Shown: positions 21,753 through 31,624, counted from the first letter of the stretch. The stretch is DNA of 64,000 nt from Dehalococcoidia bacterium (GCA_965237935.1 CBDEGW010000004.1:861340-925339); one strand, 5' to 3'. Made by a program: numbers and translations. The notes: generated by a model not told the origin, from the sequence alone.

Positions 21753-21889
21753 TGTTATATTGGTGTGCCGCGGCGAGATCACCAGCCTAAACAGGTCGGA
21801 CCAGTGCGGCTGAACAACTCTTGCCCGCCCATATCAATTGCTATTAAAGGGACATCCCGCCCGACCTGCTCTCCGCGCCTCTCAGCTGT

Positions 21890-22282
21890 CTAGCGAACGG
21901 TTCCCTCAACGGTTAGAACCTCGCCCTCCACGGTCCCCAGGACTTGCACGAGCTGATCCGACCAGGTGACCGAACCCTCACTCGTAAGGCCATCCATCAT
22001 CATCAGGTCTAAGCCCTTCACCACCAGGGACCTCCCTGCACACTGAGGTGGAAAGGATTCGGCCAGCACTTCGCACAGACGTACCTGGCCGTTCTGGGCG
22101 TGCAGAAGCCCGTTGATCAGCAGTGGACCCTTGAGATTAGAGGTGAATACGTCACCAATAGATATGCCAGGACCGACGCCGCTAATGTGACCAGAGTCCA
22201 GATCACCGTCGTCGTCACCACACGCCGCCGCAACGACGCTGGCAATAGTCACGACGGCCAAGAGAGCTAGTATCTTCTTCAT
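21890..22282 (-). CDS. small lipoprotein, unknown function
   Basis: MKKILALLAVVTIASVVAAAC lipobox at the internal ATG (22282). The longer track ORF (to 22348) lacks a signal-like start. Confidence 0.6.
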   Translation of the reverse strand: MKKILALLAVVTIASVVAAACGDDDGDLDSGHISGVGPGISIGDVFTSNLKGPLLINGLLHAQNGQVRLCEVLAESFPPQCAGRSLVVKGLDLMMMDGLTSEGSVTWSDQLVQVLGTVEGEVLTVEGTVR

Positions 22283-22654
22283 TTTCGGGCCTCCTAAACT
22301 TAGATGCTGTACTGAGCTGATTATCCTCATCACAAGGACAAGGTACAAGGTGGAGGTGACCTGCCGGATCAGCCAAAGGTCGTATTCGGGGTCGTAGAAG
22401 AGAAGTAGTGGTCTAGGGTCTGGGAATCGGAAGGGAGAAGGGCCGCCCTAGTGGTGAAGGCGGCCCGCTCTCTCTATTGGGAATGCCCTAGACCGTGATT
22501 CCCCATATGAGCCCTGGTGTGCGTCCCCTAATCGTCGGCGGCTGCCTCGGCCACCCGTGCGCCCTCTATGCTGATCTTGGGCAGCCACTCCAGCCAGCTT
22601 GGGAAGTACCTGAACCATAGTCATTGCCAATCGGTTCAAATCGCTTGGTCTTAA

Positions 22655-24358
22655 CCCGAATCCACCGAAGGACACCGATGGACGGCGTGAGGACAGCGGA
22701 AGGGGGTGGGTGAGGGAGCTACAGGGGAGATGGCCTGGGGTCTTGGGGTAGATGGGAGGCCGGCGGACGGTCTTCAGTCGCCGCACAGGGCCCCTAAGGC
22801 CCTATGCGGGAGTTGCGATGCGCGGGATGGCGAGAGGATACGCAGCAGGGGACTCTCGCGACCGGGGTGGCGCGAGATTGCGGGGACGTTGGGTCAGTTG
22901 CAGGCTGGCCGTCAGGCCGGGAACGGAATGGCTTGCAGCCGGGCCAAGGCGCGACTGAACTGGGTTTCCCAAGGCCAGCGCCGGGGGAGATGCAAAGTGA
23001 GGCGGCGCGCCGAGCGGGTGATCCGTCCCACCAGAGCGAAGACCCGCCGCCTGAGGGTCTTGGTGATCACGGTCCGCTCGCCCAGACCAATCCGCGCCGT
23101 CCAGCGGGCCAGGTTATGCGCCATCACCTGGACCGCCAGCCAGGCGCCGTTGGCGGCGAAGCGCGCCGACGGCATGTGGTTCAGCCCGACGCCGTACTTG
23201 AGGTCGCGTATGGCGTTCTCGACCTCGGCGTGGCGGCGATGATCGGCCTCCAGTTCCAGCGTCTCCCCATCGCGGTCGGTGATGAAGGCGTGATAGCTGT
23301 ATCTGGCGAAGAGGGCGAGCTGGGAACCGGGCGTCGGCTTCACCCGCCGGACAATGAGCCGCACCGGCGCGGCGTCCGGCTTGGTCTGGAACGGGGTGTA
23401 AGTCGTCTCGGCGACATCGGCGGCACCGTCCATCCAGTAGGGAATGGGAGTCCAGTCCTCCTCTGGTATCGCCTCGATCAGGTCCCGCAGGCTGGCGCGC
23501 TGGCGGATGGTGATAGAGAAGCGGACATCCATTTCCCGGCAGGCGGCAACGACAGTGTGGGCGTAGAAGCCGCTGTCGGCCCGCACCGTGAGTTGTCCCC
23601 TGGCCCCGCCGTAGCGCACCCGCCCCACCGTCTCACGCAGGAAGTGGGCGGCGCCACGGGCGGTGTTGGCCCGGCCCTCGCGCAGCCGGGACATCAGCAC
23701 TTCGCCGGTGCCGGCGGCAATGGCCAGCAGTGGGTGATAGCCGCGGGCGCCGGTATAGCCGTGGTGGCGCGCTCCCTCCTTGGCCAGTCCATAGGTCTCG
23801 CAGATGGTCGAGTCCAGGTCGATGGTCAGGGGCGAGTCGCCGGGTCCGGCCCCAGCGGCCCAGGCCCGGGCCAACAACTGGCGGCTCACGCGGTCGAGTT
23901 GACGGACATGCCCCCACCGGAAGCTGCGCAGGAAGGTCCCCAGGGTGGATGGCGCCTTGACCACGCAGCCTAGAACACCGACCGTCCCACCAGCGCGCAG
24001 CGCATCGGCGTCGTCGATGCAGTCGCCGCCTGCCAGCGCGGAAGCGACCAGCGTCAGCATCTTGTCCCCAGTGTTCGCCCGTCCCGGCGCTCCGCCGAGG
24101 TCAAGGTGATGGTCGACGAGTTCCCGCAGGCCCAGGTGCCGGGCTAGGGTGGCCGGCAGGAGCAGGCCGGCATTGGCCACCAGGCGATGGTCGTCAAAGA
24201 GGATGCGAATACGGTCGGGTTTGTTCTGTGGCAGCATCTATTGGGTGCTCCTTGTTTCCGGGCGGGTTTCTGTTCCAAAACCATTATCCCAGATTCAGAG
24301 GAGCACCCTCTGCCTTCTTCAAGGGCTGTCCCCAAGGACGTCCTTCGGTGGATTCGGG
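22655..24358 (-). mobile_element. IS1380-family insertion sequence, copy 3 (intergenic)
   Basis: Same element. Flanking direct repeat CTTAA (22650-22654 and 24359-24363). Carries a synonymous ATC>ATT difference near the transposase start. Confidence 0.92.
22912..24237 (-). CDS. IS1380-family DDE transposase
   Basis: Identical 441-aa protein. Confidence 0.9.
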   Translation of the reverse strand: MLPQNKPDRIRILFDDHRLVANAGLLLPATLARHLGLRELVDHHLDLGGAPGRANTGDKMLTLVASALAGGDCIDDADALRAGGTVGVLGCVVKAPSTLGTFLRSFRWGHVRQLDRVSRQLLARAWAAGAGPGDSPLTIDLDSTICETYGLAKEGARHHGYTGARGYHPLLAIAAGTGEVLMSRLREGRANTARGAAHFLRETVGRVRYGGARGQLTVRADSGFYAHTVVAACREMDVRFSITIRQRASLRDLIEAIPEEDWTPIPYWMDGAADVAETTYTPFQTKPDAAPVRLIVRRVKPTPGSQLALFARYSYHAFITDRDGETLELEADHRRHAEVENAIRDLKYGVGLNHMPSARFAANGAWLAVQVMAHNLARWTARIGLGERTVITKTLRRRVFALVGRITRSARRLTLHLPRRWPWETQFSRALARLQAIPFPA

Positions 24359-24541
24359 CTTAAGGATTAATCACTTGAGGCCTGGAATCGGACTTCGCGT
24401 GCCCACAAATTGACCCGAACGACACTTAATACTTCACGACCTGCTTGGTAGGCTTTACAAGTCGACACCACGCCATGGCTGAAGTGATCTGAAGAAGACT
24501 TACACAATTCCAGCTCTACGTTAAACGAGGGAGGTACCACA

Positions 24542-25471
24542 ATGAAGCTAACTAGATTAATTGGCCTGCTGCTCCTGGTTGTCACCACTTTGGCAATGGG
24601 AATTTCCTCCGTACTAGCGGCCAAGCCCCAACCCGTGATTGAACACAGTAATGGATATCCTAGTGGTTCCCACTTCAACCTCAATGTCCACGGCAAGAAG
24701 GCAGGCTACGCATGTGACCCAGCGCCCGGAGGCAGCTCTGTTTTCATCCCTGAATACGGTTCGGCAACTCTACAGTACGTTTCTAACAAGAAGTCCCCAG
24801 CCACAGAACTGAAGGCGCTAGATCCATGTGCAGAGGCCTTTGACGGCGATCCAGTCAAGGTACAGCTGCCCAAAGAGGAGCAAGGCTACTACGTGTTTGC
24901 AAGAATCCGGGCCAAGCCTAACAATGGCACACCTGATGGTGAGCCAAGCTCGATTCTTCTTGTTCCTGACCCCGTATTGGAGGCATGCAACGACACGGAT
25001 CCGGCGAATCCAGATTTCCCAGACTTCACTGAGTGCCCAGACGACATACTCTTGGCTCTTGGCCTTGTAACCAACGAAGGGGCATACGACCTAGTGGACC
25101 AGGAGTTTGTCCGCTTCGAGGACCCCAATGCTAAAGGCAAAGGGAAGGCAAAGGCTATCGGCATTACAGGCCTGTTCCTATGGACAGGCTACGTGTGCGA
25201 CGCACTGCTGGACACGAACGGGGACGGCGTAATAGATGGGCTAGATGTGCCAGCGAGCTACGACACCAATGGCACACCTGGCATTCAGCAGGACGAATTG
25301 GACACCTGGCTAGCGGACCAAGCCCTTCTGGGAACATGCACCTTTTACGAGAATGAGTGGGTCTTCAATGTTGCCGACCTGGTGGTGCAGGACCAAGACA
25401 TCACGAACGATGGAACCAAGTTGCTGAAGATCCGGTTCTATCCAGTAAGTACGACTGAATTCATACGATAG
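24542..25471 (+). CDS. secreted hypothetical protein with an EF-hand/dockerin-like Ca-binding loop
   Basis: Signal peptide MKLTRLIGLLLLVVTTLAMGISSVLA/AK, several Cys residues, and a DTNGDGVIDGLD loop. A GGAGG SD lies upstream and a strong terminator downstream. Confidence 0.65.
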   Translation: MKLTRLIGLLLLVVTTLAMGISSVLAAKPQPVIEHSNGYPSGSHFNLNVHGKKAGYACDPAPGGSSVFIPEYGSATLQYVSNKKSPATELKALDPCAEAFDGDPVKVQLPKEEQGYYVFARIRAKPNNGTPDGEPSSILLVPDPVLEACNDTDPANPDFPDFTECPDDILLALGLVTNEGAYDLVDQEFVRFEDPNAKGKGKAKAIGITGLFLWTGYVCDALLDTNGDGVIDGLDVPASYDTNGTPGIQQDELDTWLADQALLGTCTFYENEWVFNVADLVVQDQDITNDGTKLLKIRFYPVSTTEFIR

Positions 25472-25589
25472 GGGAGAACAACCTGGTAAAATCGTAGAGA
25501 GCATCGAATGCCCAGACAATCAGCAGGCTCACTGCTTGGAGACGACTATGGACGTTGCCTCTAGGCCAGATCGGGGACCGTTGTTGTAC

Positions 25590-25627
25590 GGGAGGGCTCG
25601 CCTTTGGCGAGCCCTCCCTTTTTGTGT
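25590..25627 (+). terminator. rho-independent terminator
   Basis: Perfect 13-bp stem GGGAGGGCTCGCC-TTT-GGCGAGCCCTCCC followed by TTTTTGTGT. Confidence 0.85.
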
Positions 25628-25810
25628 CTCCATTACCTTTTCACTAGTAGATAGGTCGCTTGAACCACATAGCCTGATAGCAAATGCACGCCGCTCCCTT
25701 AGGCTGCCCAGGATGATTTCGGTGAGATGTAGTTCGTCCCTCCCCAGTCTCCCCACCCACTAATGGTGACGTGGTATTATACGCCTGGAAATGAGATGAA
25801 AGGTTCTAGT

Positions 25811-25963
25811 GGTCTGTCCACTAAATAGCGACGCATTCTTCCCCACCCTCCCGCCCAGAGGTTTTATCCAAAGGGGGACACCCCCTGCCACTTCGCGCAG
25901 GGCAGGCTCTTGAACCCCCGACAGTGGGTTCCCTGTACCCTCCTAGGGTTTTTGTGCAAAGCT
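25811..25963 (+). mobile_element. MITE-like repeat, subfamily B, copy B1
   Basis: ...AATAGCGACGCATTCTTCCCCACCCTCCCGCCCAGAGGTTTTATCCAAAGGGGGACACCCCCT...CTAGGGTTTTTGTGCAAAGCT. The left terminus is degenerate. Confidence 0.7.
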
Positions 25964-26001
25964 ATTTGCGGGACTAAGAACTGGTCACAGGGAGGTGAAT
26001 A

Positions 26002-26907
26002 ATGGCCATTTTGCCGACACGGGAGCTTGGACGAACGGGCCTTCAGGTCAGTATGTTGGGATACGGCGCTATGGGGCTGCGGGGAGCCCCCCGAGGGCGT
26101 GAGGTTTCGAACCAACAGGCGGATAGCATCCTCAACGCCGTCCTGGATTCTGGCATCAACTACATAGACACCTCAATCGACTACGGGGATAGTGAGGAGC
26201 ATATTGGGAGAGTCATCTCGCATCGTCGCTCTGACTACTATCTGGCCACAAAGTGCGGGTGTGTAGTGGGCGGCCCGCCCGAACACGGCAGTCAGTTGCC
26301 CCATGTTTTCACCCGGGAGAACATCGTCACCGGGGTGAACCAGAGCCTTGCCCGCATGAAAACCGATTACATAGATGTTCTACAGTTCCATGCCGGGCCT
26401 TCACGGGAGGAACTGGAGGAGAACGGCGCCATTGAGACGGTGCTCGACCTGAAACGAGAGGGTAAGGTCCGCTTCATAGGCATGTCCTCCACACTGCCCA
26501 ATCTTGCAGACCACATCGCCATGGGAGTGTTCGATGTCCTCCAGATACCCTACTCGGCCCTCCAGAGGGAGCACGAGGAGGTCATCACCTCGGCCGCCCA
26601 GGCGGGTGTGGGAACAGTCATTCGAGGAGGTGTCGCTAAAGGCGCTCCATCGCGTGGGAAACAGGAAGGCTCTGCCTGGGGCCTGGGACAGCAAGCCGGC
26701 TTGGAGGACCTCCTGGAGGGTATGACGCCGATGGAGTTCATCATGCGCTTCACCCTCACACACCCGGACCTGCACACCACCATCGTTGGCACCATAAACC
26801 CCGACCATCTAAGGGAGAACTTGGGCGCCCTCCAGAAGGGCCCACTATCTAACGATCTCTACCAGGAGGCCAGGCGACGCCTCACTGAGATGGATAGAGG
26901 AGTTTAG
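26002..26907 (+). CDS. aldo/keto reductase family oxidoreductase
   Basis: ...LGRTGLQVSMLGYGAMGL..., INYIDTSIDYG and ...YIDVLQFH... motifs typical of AKRs. 301 aa. Confidence 0.85.
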   Translation: MAILPTRELGRTGLQVSMLGYGAMGLRGAPRGREVSNQQADSILNAVLDSGINYIDTSIDYGDSEEHIGRVISHRRSDYYLATKCGCVVGGPPEHGSQLPHVFTRENIVTGVNQSLARMKTDYIDVLQFHAGPSREELEENGAIETVLDLKREGKVRFIGMSSTLPNLADHIAMGVFDVLQIPYSALQREHEEVITSAAQAGVGTVIRGGVAKGAPSRGKQEGSAWGLGQQAGLEDLLEGMTPMEFIMRFTLTHPDLHTTIVGTINPDHLRENLGALQKGPLSNDLYQEARRRLTEMDRGV

Positions 26908-26939
26908 CGACGAGAAGGGCGCAAGGAGGCGACCCGGAT

Positions 26940-27983
26940 ATGGCATTAGATACTGTTCGCTTAGGCATCATAGGCGCTGGGGGGATAGCCAGGCAGAGGC
27001 ACCTCCCAGGTTTTCAGGCTATCCGGGAGGCCTCGGTCATCGGCGTATGCAACCGCAGCAGGGAGTCCGGCGAAAAGGTAGCTGCCGAATTCGAGATCCC
27101 CAGGGTCTACGACGCCTGGATGGACATGTTGCAGGAGAAGGACCTGGACGCCATATGTATTGGGACCTGGCCCTATATGCACAAGACCCTGACATTGGCG
27201 GCCCTGGAGAATGGCAAGCATGTCCTGTGTCAGGGACGTATGGCCATGAACGCCCAGGAGGCTCGGGATATGCTGGAGGCATCCCGCAGATATCCCAACC
27301 TGGTGACTCAGGTCGTTCACACGTCCGTTGCCATGAGGGTGGACCCCACCGTGAGGAACATGATAGCCACTGGCTACCTGGGAGACCTGCTGGCCATCGA
27401 CCTGAAGGTCTTTCAGAGCAACTTCGTGGACTCGGACTCACCGCTGCACTGGCGTCATGATGAGGAGTTCAGCGGATTCAACGTCCTAAACATGGGTTCC
27501 TGGTACGAATTGATTTTGCGATGGGTGGGCCCGGCGACAAAGGTCATGGCCATGTCCGCCGTCAATGTGAAGCAAAGACGTGACGACAACGGTATCCTGC
27601 GGGCAGTCTCACTCCCGGACCATGTGGACATACTGTGTGAGATGGCCTGTGGCGCTCAGGCTCGACTGAGCTTCAGCGCTGTGACGGGTCTGGCGCCGCC
27701 ACCAGAAGCATGGTTCTACGGCAGCGATGGTACGATACGTCTAAGTGGTAGCCCCCTGGCCGTGTACGCTGGGAGACGTGGCGAAACTCAGCTTTCTGAG
27801 ATACCCATCCCTCCTGAAGAAGAGGGAAAGTGGCGCGTGGAGGCGGAGTTCATAAATGCCGTCCGCGGGTATCAGAAGGTCACCCACAATTCGTTTGAAG
27901 AAGGCGTGAAGTACATGGAATTCTCCGAGGCCGTGGCCAGGAGCTACATGACAGGCCTTGCCGTCCCCCTTCCCCTGTTATAG
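26940..27983 (+). CDS. Gfo/Idh/MocA family oxidoreductase
   Basis: N-terminal Rossmann motif VRLGIIGAGGIARQRHLPG and the ...GKHVLCQGRMA... pattern. 347 aa. Confidence 0.85.
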   Translation: MALDTVRLGIIGAGGIARQRHLPGFQAIREASVIGVCNRSRESGEKVAAEFEIPRVYDAWMDMLQEKDLDAICIGTWPYMHKTLTLAALENGKHVLCQGRMAMNAQEARDMLEASRRYPNLVTQVVHTSVAMRVDPTVRNMIATGYLGDLLAIDLKVFQSNFVDSDSPLHWRHDEEFSGFNVLNMGSWYELILRWVGPATKVMAMSAVNVKQRRDDNGILRAVSLPDHVDILCEMACGAQARLSFSAVTGLAPPPEAWFYGSDGTIRLSGSPLAVYAGRRGETQLSEIPIPPEEEGKWRVEAEFINAVRGYQKVTHNSFEEGVKYMEFSEAVARSYMTGLAVPLPLL

Positions 27984-28165
27984 GCCATTTTTCCATGTGC
28001 TAGTGGGCACACCTACACCGGGGGTCGCCTGGCTGTACGCGGATCAGGTCGCCAACCCGGAATGATAAGGTATTTAGCGGGGAGTCCACATCAGGGCCCT
28101 GATTTCGCTGAACTCCTGGCGGCATTTGGCCCAGGAATTCTTGCGCCACAGGAGATCGTTGACGG

Positions 28166-29155
28166 TTAGTCAGTGTAGTGGTAGGTCTCTCTCCATGTCA
28201 TGTAGTCCCGAAGGCCTGAGGCGAGGTCTAAATGGGCGACGAAACCCAAGTCCTCCTTGAGGCGAGTTACATCCAGCCTGTTCTCTCGTCCTCTAGAAGC
28301 GGCGCCGAGGTCCACCTCGCCAACGACGCTTGATGGTAAGTCTGTGACTTGGAGACCGGGGCGTAACTCGTGCAACACCTCTATTATTTCTCCCAGGGTA
28401 TTCAATTGCGGGCAGGAGTTGTTATACACATCATAGGATAGAGTTGGCGCCTCAAGCACGGTGCAGATGCCATCAGCGATATCGCTTACGTGCGTAACCT
28501 GTCGCCTTATGCTGCGATTACTTACGTTTATAGGCTCGCCCCTGAGAGCCTTCCCCGTCCACTCCTTGATGATGGACTGGTTGGCGCGATGGTTGGTGAC
28601 CCGTTCCATTGGACCGTAAGGTCCACCAAGCCGGACGCTAACCGTCTGAAAACCGTGCAACTCCCCGTATCTCCGGGTAAGTAGCTCACTCGTGTACTTA
28701 GTGGCCCCGTAGAGGCTGCGTGGATTGAGGGGGCTGTCCTCGTAGAGCACTTCGGTAGGGTCCTGGCCTTCTCCGTAGACGGACCCTGAGCTCACATAGA
28801 GGAACCGCTCCGTAGGCAGCCGGCAAGCCAGCTCCAGCATGTTAGTGGTCCCCATCACGTTGATAGCCACGATGGAGTAGCTTCGCCCTGCCTCGACCTC
28901 AGGAAGGACGCCTGTGAAGACGGCTGCATGCACTATTCGGGTAATGTCATGGGACGCAAGCTGCTCCAGGTTCGACTTGTCGAGAACATCGCCCTGGATG
29001 AAAACCACCTGCTCCGTCCAGGGCGCCAGGTATTTCTTGACCAGGTCATCAGGAGGCGCAAGGTCGAAGCAGATGACCTTGCGGCCGCGCTGCGCCAGAG
29101 CCTTAACGACATTACTGCCAATGAAGCCTGTTCCACCCGTGACCAGGGTTGCCAT
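28166..29155 (-). CDS. NAD-dependent epimerase/dehydratase (extended SDR)
   Basis: TGGTGFIGS nucleotide-binding motif and the YxxxK catalytic pair (YGATKYTSE). 329 aa. Confidence 0.85.
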   Translation of the reverse strand: MATLVTGGTGFIGSNVVKALAQRGRKVICFDLAPPDDLVKKYLAPWTEQVVFIQGDVLDKSNLEQLASHDITRIVHAAVFTGVLPEVEAGRSYSIVAINVMGTTNMLELACRLPTERFLYVSSGSVYGEGQDPTEVLYEDSPLNPRSLYGATKYTSELLTRRYGELHGFQTVSVRLGGPYGPMERVTNHRANQSIIKEWTGKALRGEPINVSNRSIRRQVTHVSDIADGICTVLEAPTLSYDVYNNSCPQLNTLGEIIEVLHELRPGLQVTDLPSSVVGEVDLGAASRGRENRLDVTRLKEDLGFVAHLDLASGLRDYMTWRETYHYTD

Positions 29156-29170
29156 GTCACCCTCCCTTTT

Positions 29171-29884
29171 CTAGGTTTGTCGGGTACCCGTCGCCACTGC
29201 TCCTGGGTCTCCGCTCCGAATCCCCCAGGGATCGCCGGGCATGGCCACCCCCCGTTCCTCGGCCAGCTTGGCTGCGCGCTTTGCCCCCTCACGGACCGGC
29301 TTAACGTAAAACTCATCCAGGTCCAGCCCCAACCCATCCACGATTCTCACCCTGAAGTTGAAGTAGGCGCACACCTGGGCGACGTCCAGAATATCCCGGT
29401 CCGTCCATCCAACGTCCCTCAGTCCTTGAATGTCGGCCTCATTGCACATCGCTGGCGCAAGGGTAAGTTTCTCGACCCACTCCAGCATCACACGTTCAGC
29501 CTGTGTCAGATCCATCCTCCGCCAGTCGTCCTTAATCCGCTCCACTTCAAGATCGTCCCCGCCTTCCTGACGCAGAAACTCTGCGTGGGCAACCGTTCAG
29601 AAGCGGCAGTTTAGGGTGACGGAGGTGACGGTGGCGATCATCTCTCGCTGGGCTGTAGTCAGACGGGATTCACCCCGCATGATTTCCCACATCAGCTCCG
29701 CCGTATGCCACATAGCCTTTGGGCTGAGGCTGTGCAGGACAGGAGGGGAAATAGGAGAGCCACCAGTAAAAATGGTGCGCTCCCGAACCAAGCGCTCACC
29801 AGCACGCTGTTTTTTGATCTTAGCGTAAACCTCTTTGAGCTCGCCTTCGGCCTCATGGTCTCGAACCACTTTAATCCATGGCAT
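29171..29884 (-). CDS. AhpD/carboxymuconolactone-decarboxylase-family peroxidase-related protein with in-frame TGA (candidate selenocysteine, CxxU)
   Basis: Track ORFs 29597-30115 and 29171-29545 are in the same frame, separated only by TGA 29597-29599. The read-through gives ...REMIATVTSVTLNCRF[TGA]TVAHAEFL..., so the TGA falls at the second Cys of the family CxxC...H motif. The likely start is ATG 29884 (MPWIKVV) with AAGGAG 8 nt upstream. A hairpin lies 10 nt after the TGA. Confidence 0.6.
29570..29586 (-). promoter_or_regulatory. SECIS-like hairpin downstream of the in-frame UGA
   Basis: The mRNA reads UGA-ACGGUUGCCC-ACGCAGA-GUU-UCUGCGU. It is a perfect 7-bp stem with a G-first apical triloop, and the stem begins 10 nt after the UGA. 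Confidence 0.45.
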
Positions 29885-30055
29885 TGTCCTACTCCTTACC
29901 TGCCCGGAATTCCCCAGATCAGACCCATGGCAGATGTCGCCGACAGTAACGTCGAGTGCAGGCAGCATACGCCCGACGTCCCGCTGTTTCAACCCTTTGA
30001 GATACTTGGCGCGGATACTATCCTCCTGCTCCCAAGACCGTCCTGACCCCCTGCC

Positions 30056-30214
30056 GGCCTTGCACAAATAGTTCAACGCTTCTTTCCCACCCACCCGCCC
30101 AGAGGTTTTATTCAAAGGGGGACACCCCCTTGCCGCTTCGCGCAGGACAGGCTCTTGAACCCCCGACAGGAAACACAGGTTCCCTGTACCCTTCTAGGGT
30201 TTTTGCGCCAAGCT
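30056..30214 (+). mobile_element. MITE-like repeat, subfamily B, copy B2 (complete, with perfect 9-bp target duplication)
   Basis: GGCCTTGCACAAATAG...TAGGGTTTTTGCGCCAAGCT, flanked by CCCCCTGCC at 30047-30055 and 30215-30223. Confidence 0.85.
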
Positions 30215-30290
30215 CCCCCTGCCCTCCAGCGAGGAGCTCCACCAGGCTATCGAAAGCCACTCCCAGAAGGATAAAAAAAGCATAGTGAGC

Positions 30291-30319
30291 TTGACAGCTA
30301 AGGAGTACAGACATATCCT
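30291..30319 (+). promoter_or_regulatory. possible sigma70-type promoter for amt
   Basis: TTGACA-17 nt-TATCCT, about 70 nt upstream of the amt ATG. Pattern match only. Confidence 0.3.
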
Positions 30320-30386
30320 CAGCGCCGGACGGACCTATTAGGTTGGCCTCCATCAGATCGCGGCATATCGACAAGAGAGGTGCAGT

Positions 30387-31616
30387 ATGAATAGTGGCGA
30401 TACGGCCTGGATCCTGGCGTCGTCGGCGCTGGTTTTCATCATGATTCCGGGCCTGGCGTTTTTCTATGGCGGACTGGTCCGCAGAAAGAATGCCGTAGCA
30501 ACCATCATGCAGAGCTTCATTGCCATTCCTATTGTTGGCGTGGTCTGGGTACTCTGGGGATATAGCCTCGCCTTTGGCCCGGATGTCGGCGGCTTCATAG
30601 GAAACTTAGACTACATCGGCCTGCGCGGTGTGTCGGCGATAGAGGCGGGTCCCTATTCCGATGCCATTCCTCACCAGACCTTTATGATCTTTCAGGCGAT
30701 GTTTGCCATAATTACTCCGGCTCTCATCACCGGAGCCTTCGCTGAACGGATGAAGTTCAGCACTTTGGTTATTTTCATCGTCGCCTGGTCCACCATTGTG
30801 TACGCTCCCCTTGCCCATTGGGTGTGGGGAGACGGTGGGTGGCTGGGGTTGAGTGGATGGGGGGCCCTGGACTTTGCCGGCGGCGCCGTGGTTCACATCA
30901 ATTCGGGAGTCGCCGCGCTGGCCGCCGCTCTCTTCTTGGGGAGGCGTCTACACTATGGGGAGGAGCCCATGGAGCCGCACAACATTCCGTTTGTAGTGCT
31001 GGGAGCGGCGTTGCTGTGGTTTGGGTGGTTTGGATTTAATGCCGGAAGCGCCTTGGCGGCGGGAGGCAGCGCCACCTCGGCCTTCGTGGTGACCAACACC
31101 GCGGCCGCCATGGCAGCTCTCACCTGGGCAGCGCTGGACTATGCCTTCACGGGAAAGGCGAGCGTCGTTGGCGCCGCCACCGGCGCCGTGGCAGGGCTGG
31201 CTACTATAACCCCGGCCGCTGGGTTCGTGGGGCCGATGCCCGCGCTCCTCATCGGACTGGGAGCTGGCTTCTTATGCTACATGGCGGTCCGGCTGAGGAC
31301 CAGGCTTAAGGTGGATGATTCCCTGGATGTGTGGGCCATCCATGGCGTCGGGGGAACCTTCGGAATCCTGGCTACTGGACTTTTCTTGGGGATCGGCTTT
31401 ATGAGCCTGTCCGAGTTTACCGGGCTCGACCGGAGTGAACAGATCCTCCGCCAACTGGTAACGATTGGGGTCAGTTGGGGATGGGCTTTCGTTATGACCC
31501 TGGTGATTCTGGTTGCACTGAAGTACACCGTGGGTCTACGAGTATCGGAACAGGAGGAGGAGCAGGGATTGGACGTCACTCAGCACGGAGAGGAGGCATA
31601 CAGGGGAATAGTATAG
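30387..31616 (+). CDS. amt: ammonium transporter (Amt family)
   Basis: Multi-TM protein with the Amt signature ...DFAGGAVVHINSGVAALAAAL... and ...WFGWFGFNAGS.... 409 aa. No glnK/P-II gene follows. Confidence 0.92.
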   Translation: MNSGDTAWILASSALVFIMIPGLAFFYGGLVRRKNAVATIMQSFIAIPIVGVVWVLWGYSLAFGPDVGGFIGNLDYIGLRGVSAIEAGPYSDAIPHQTFMIFQAMFAIITPALITGAFAERMKFSTLVIFIVAWSTIVYAPLAHWVWGDGGWLGLSGWGALDFAGGAVVHINSGVAALAAALFLGRRLHYGEEPMEPHNIPFVVLGAALLWFGWFGFNAGSALAAGGSATSAFVVTNTAAAMAALTWAALDYAFTGKASVVGAATGAVAGLATITPAAGFVGPMPALLIGLGAGFLCYMAVRLRTRLKVDDSLDVWAIHGVGGTFGILATGLFLGIGFMSLSEFTGLDRSEQILRQLVTIGVSWGWAFVMTLVILVALKYTVGLRVSEQEEEQGLDVTQHGEEAYRGIV

Positions 31617-31624
31617 GAGAAGGG

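Noticed and set aside
22448-22654. A possible gene interrupted by IS1380 copy 3 (frames such as ...YFPSWLEWLPKISIEGARVAEAAADD on the minus strand).
   Set aside because: No frame continues across the insertion site once the IS is removed in silico. The region is best treated as intergenic.
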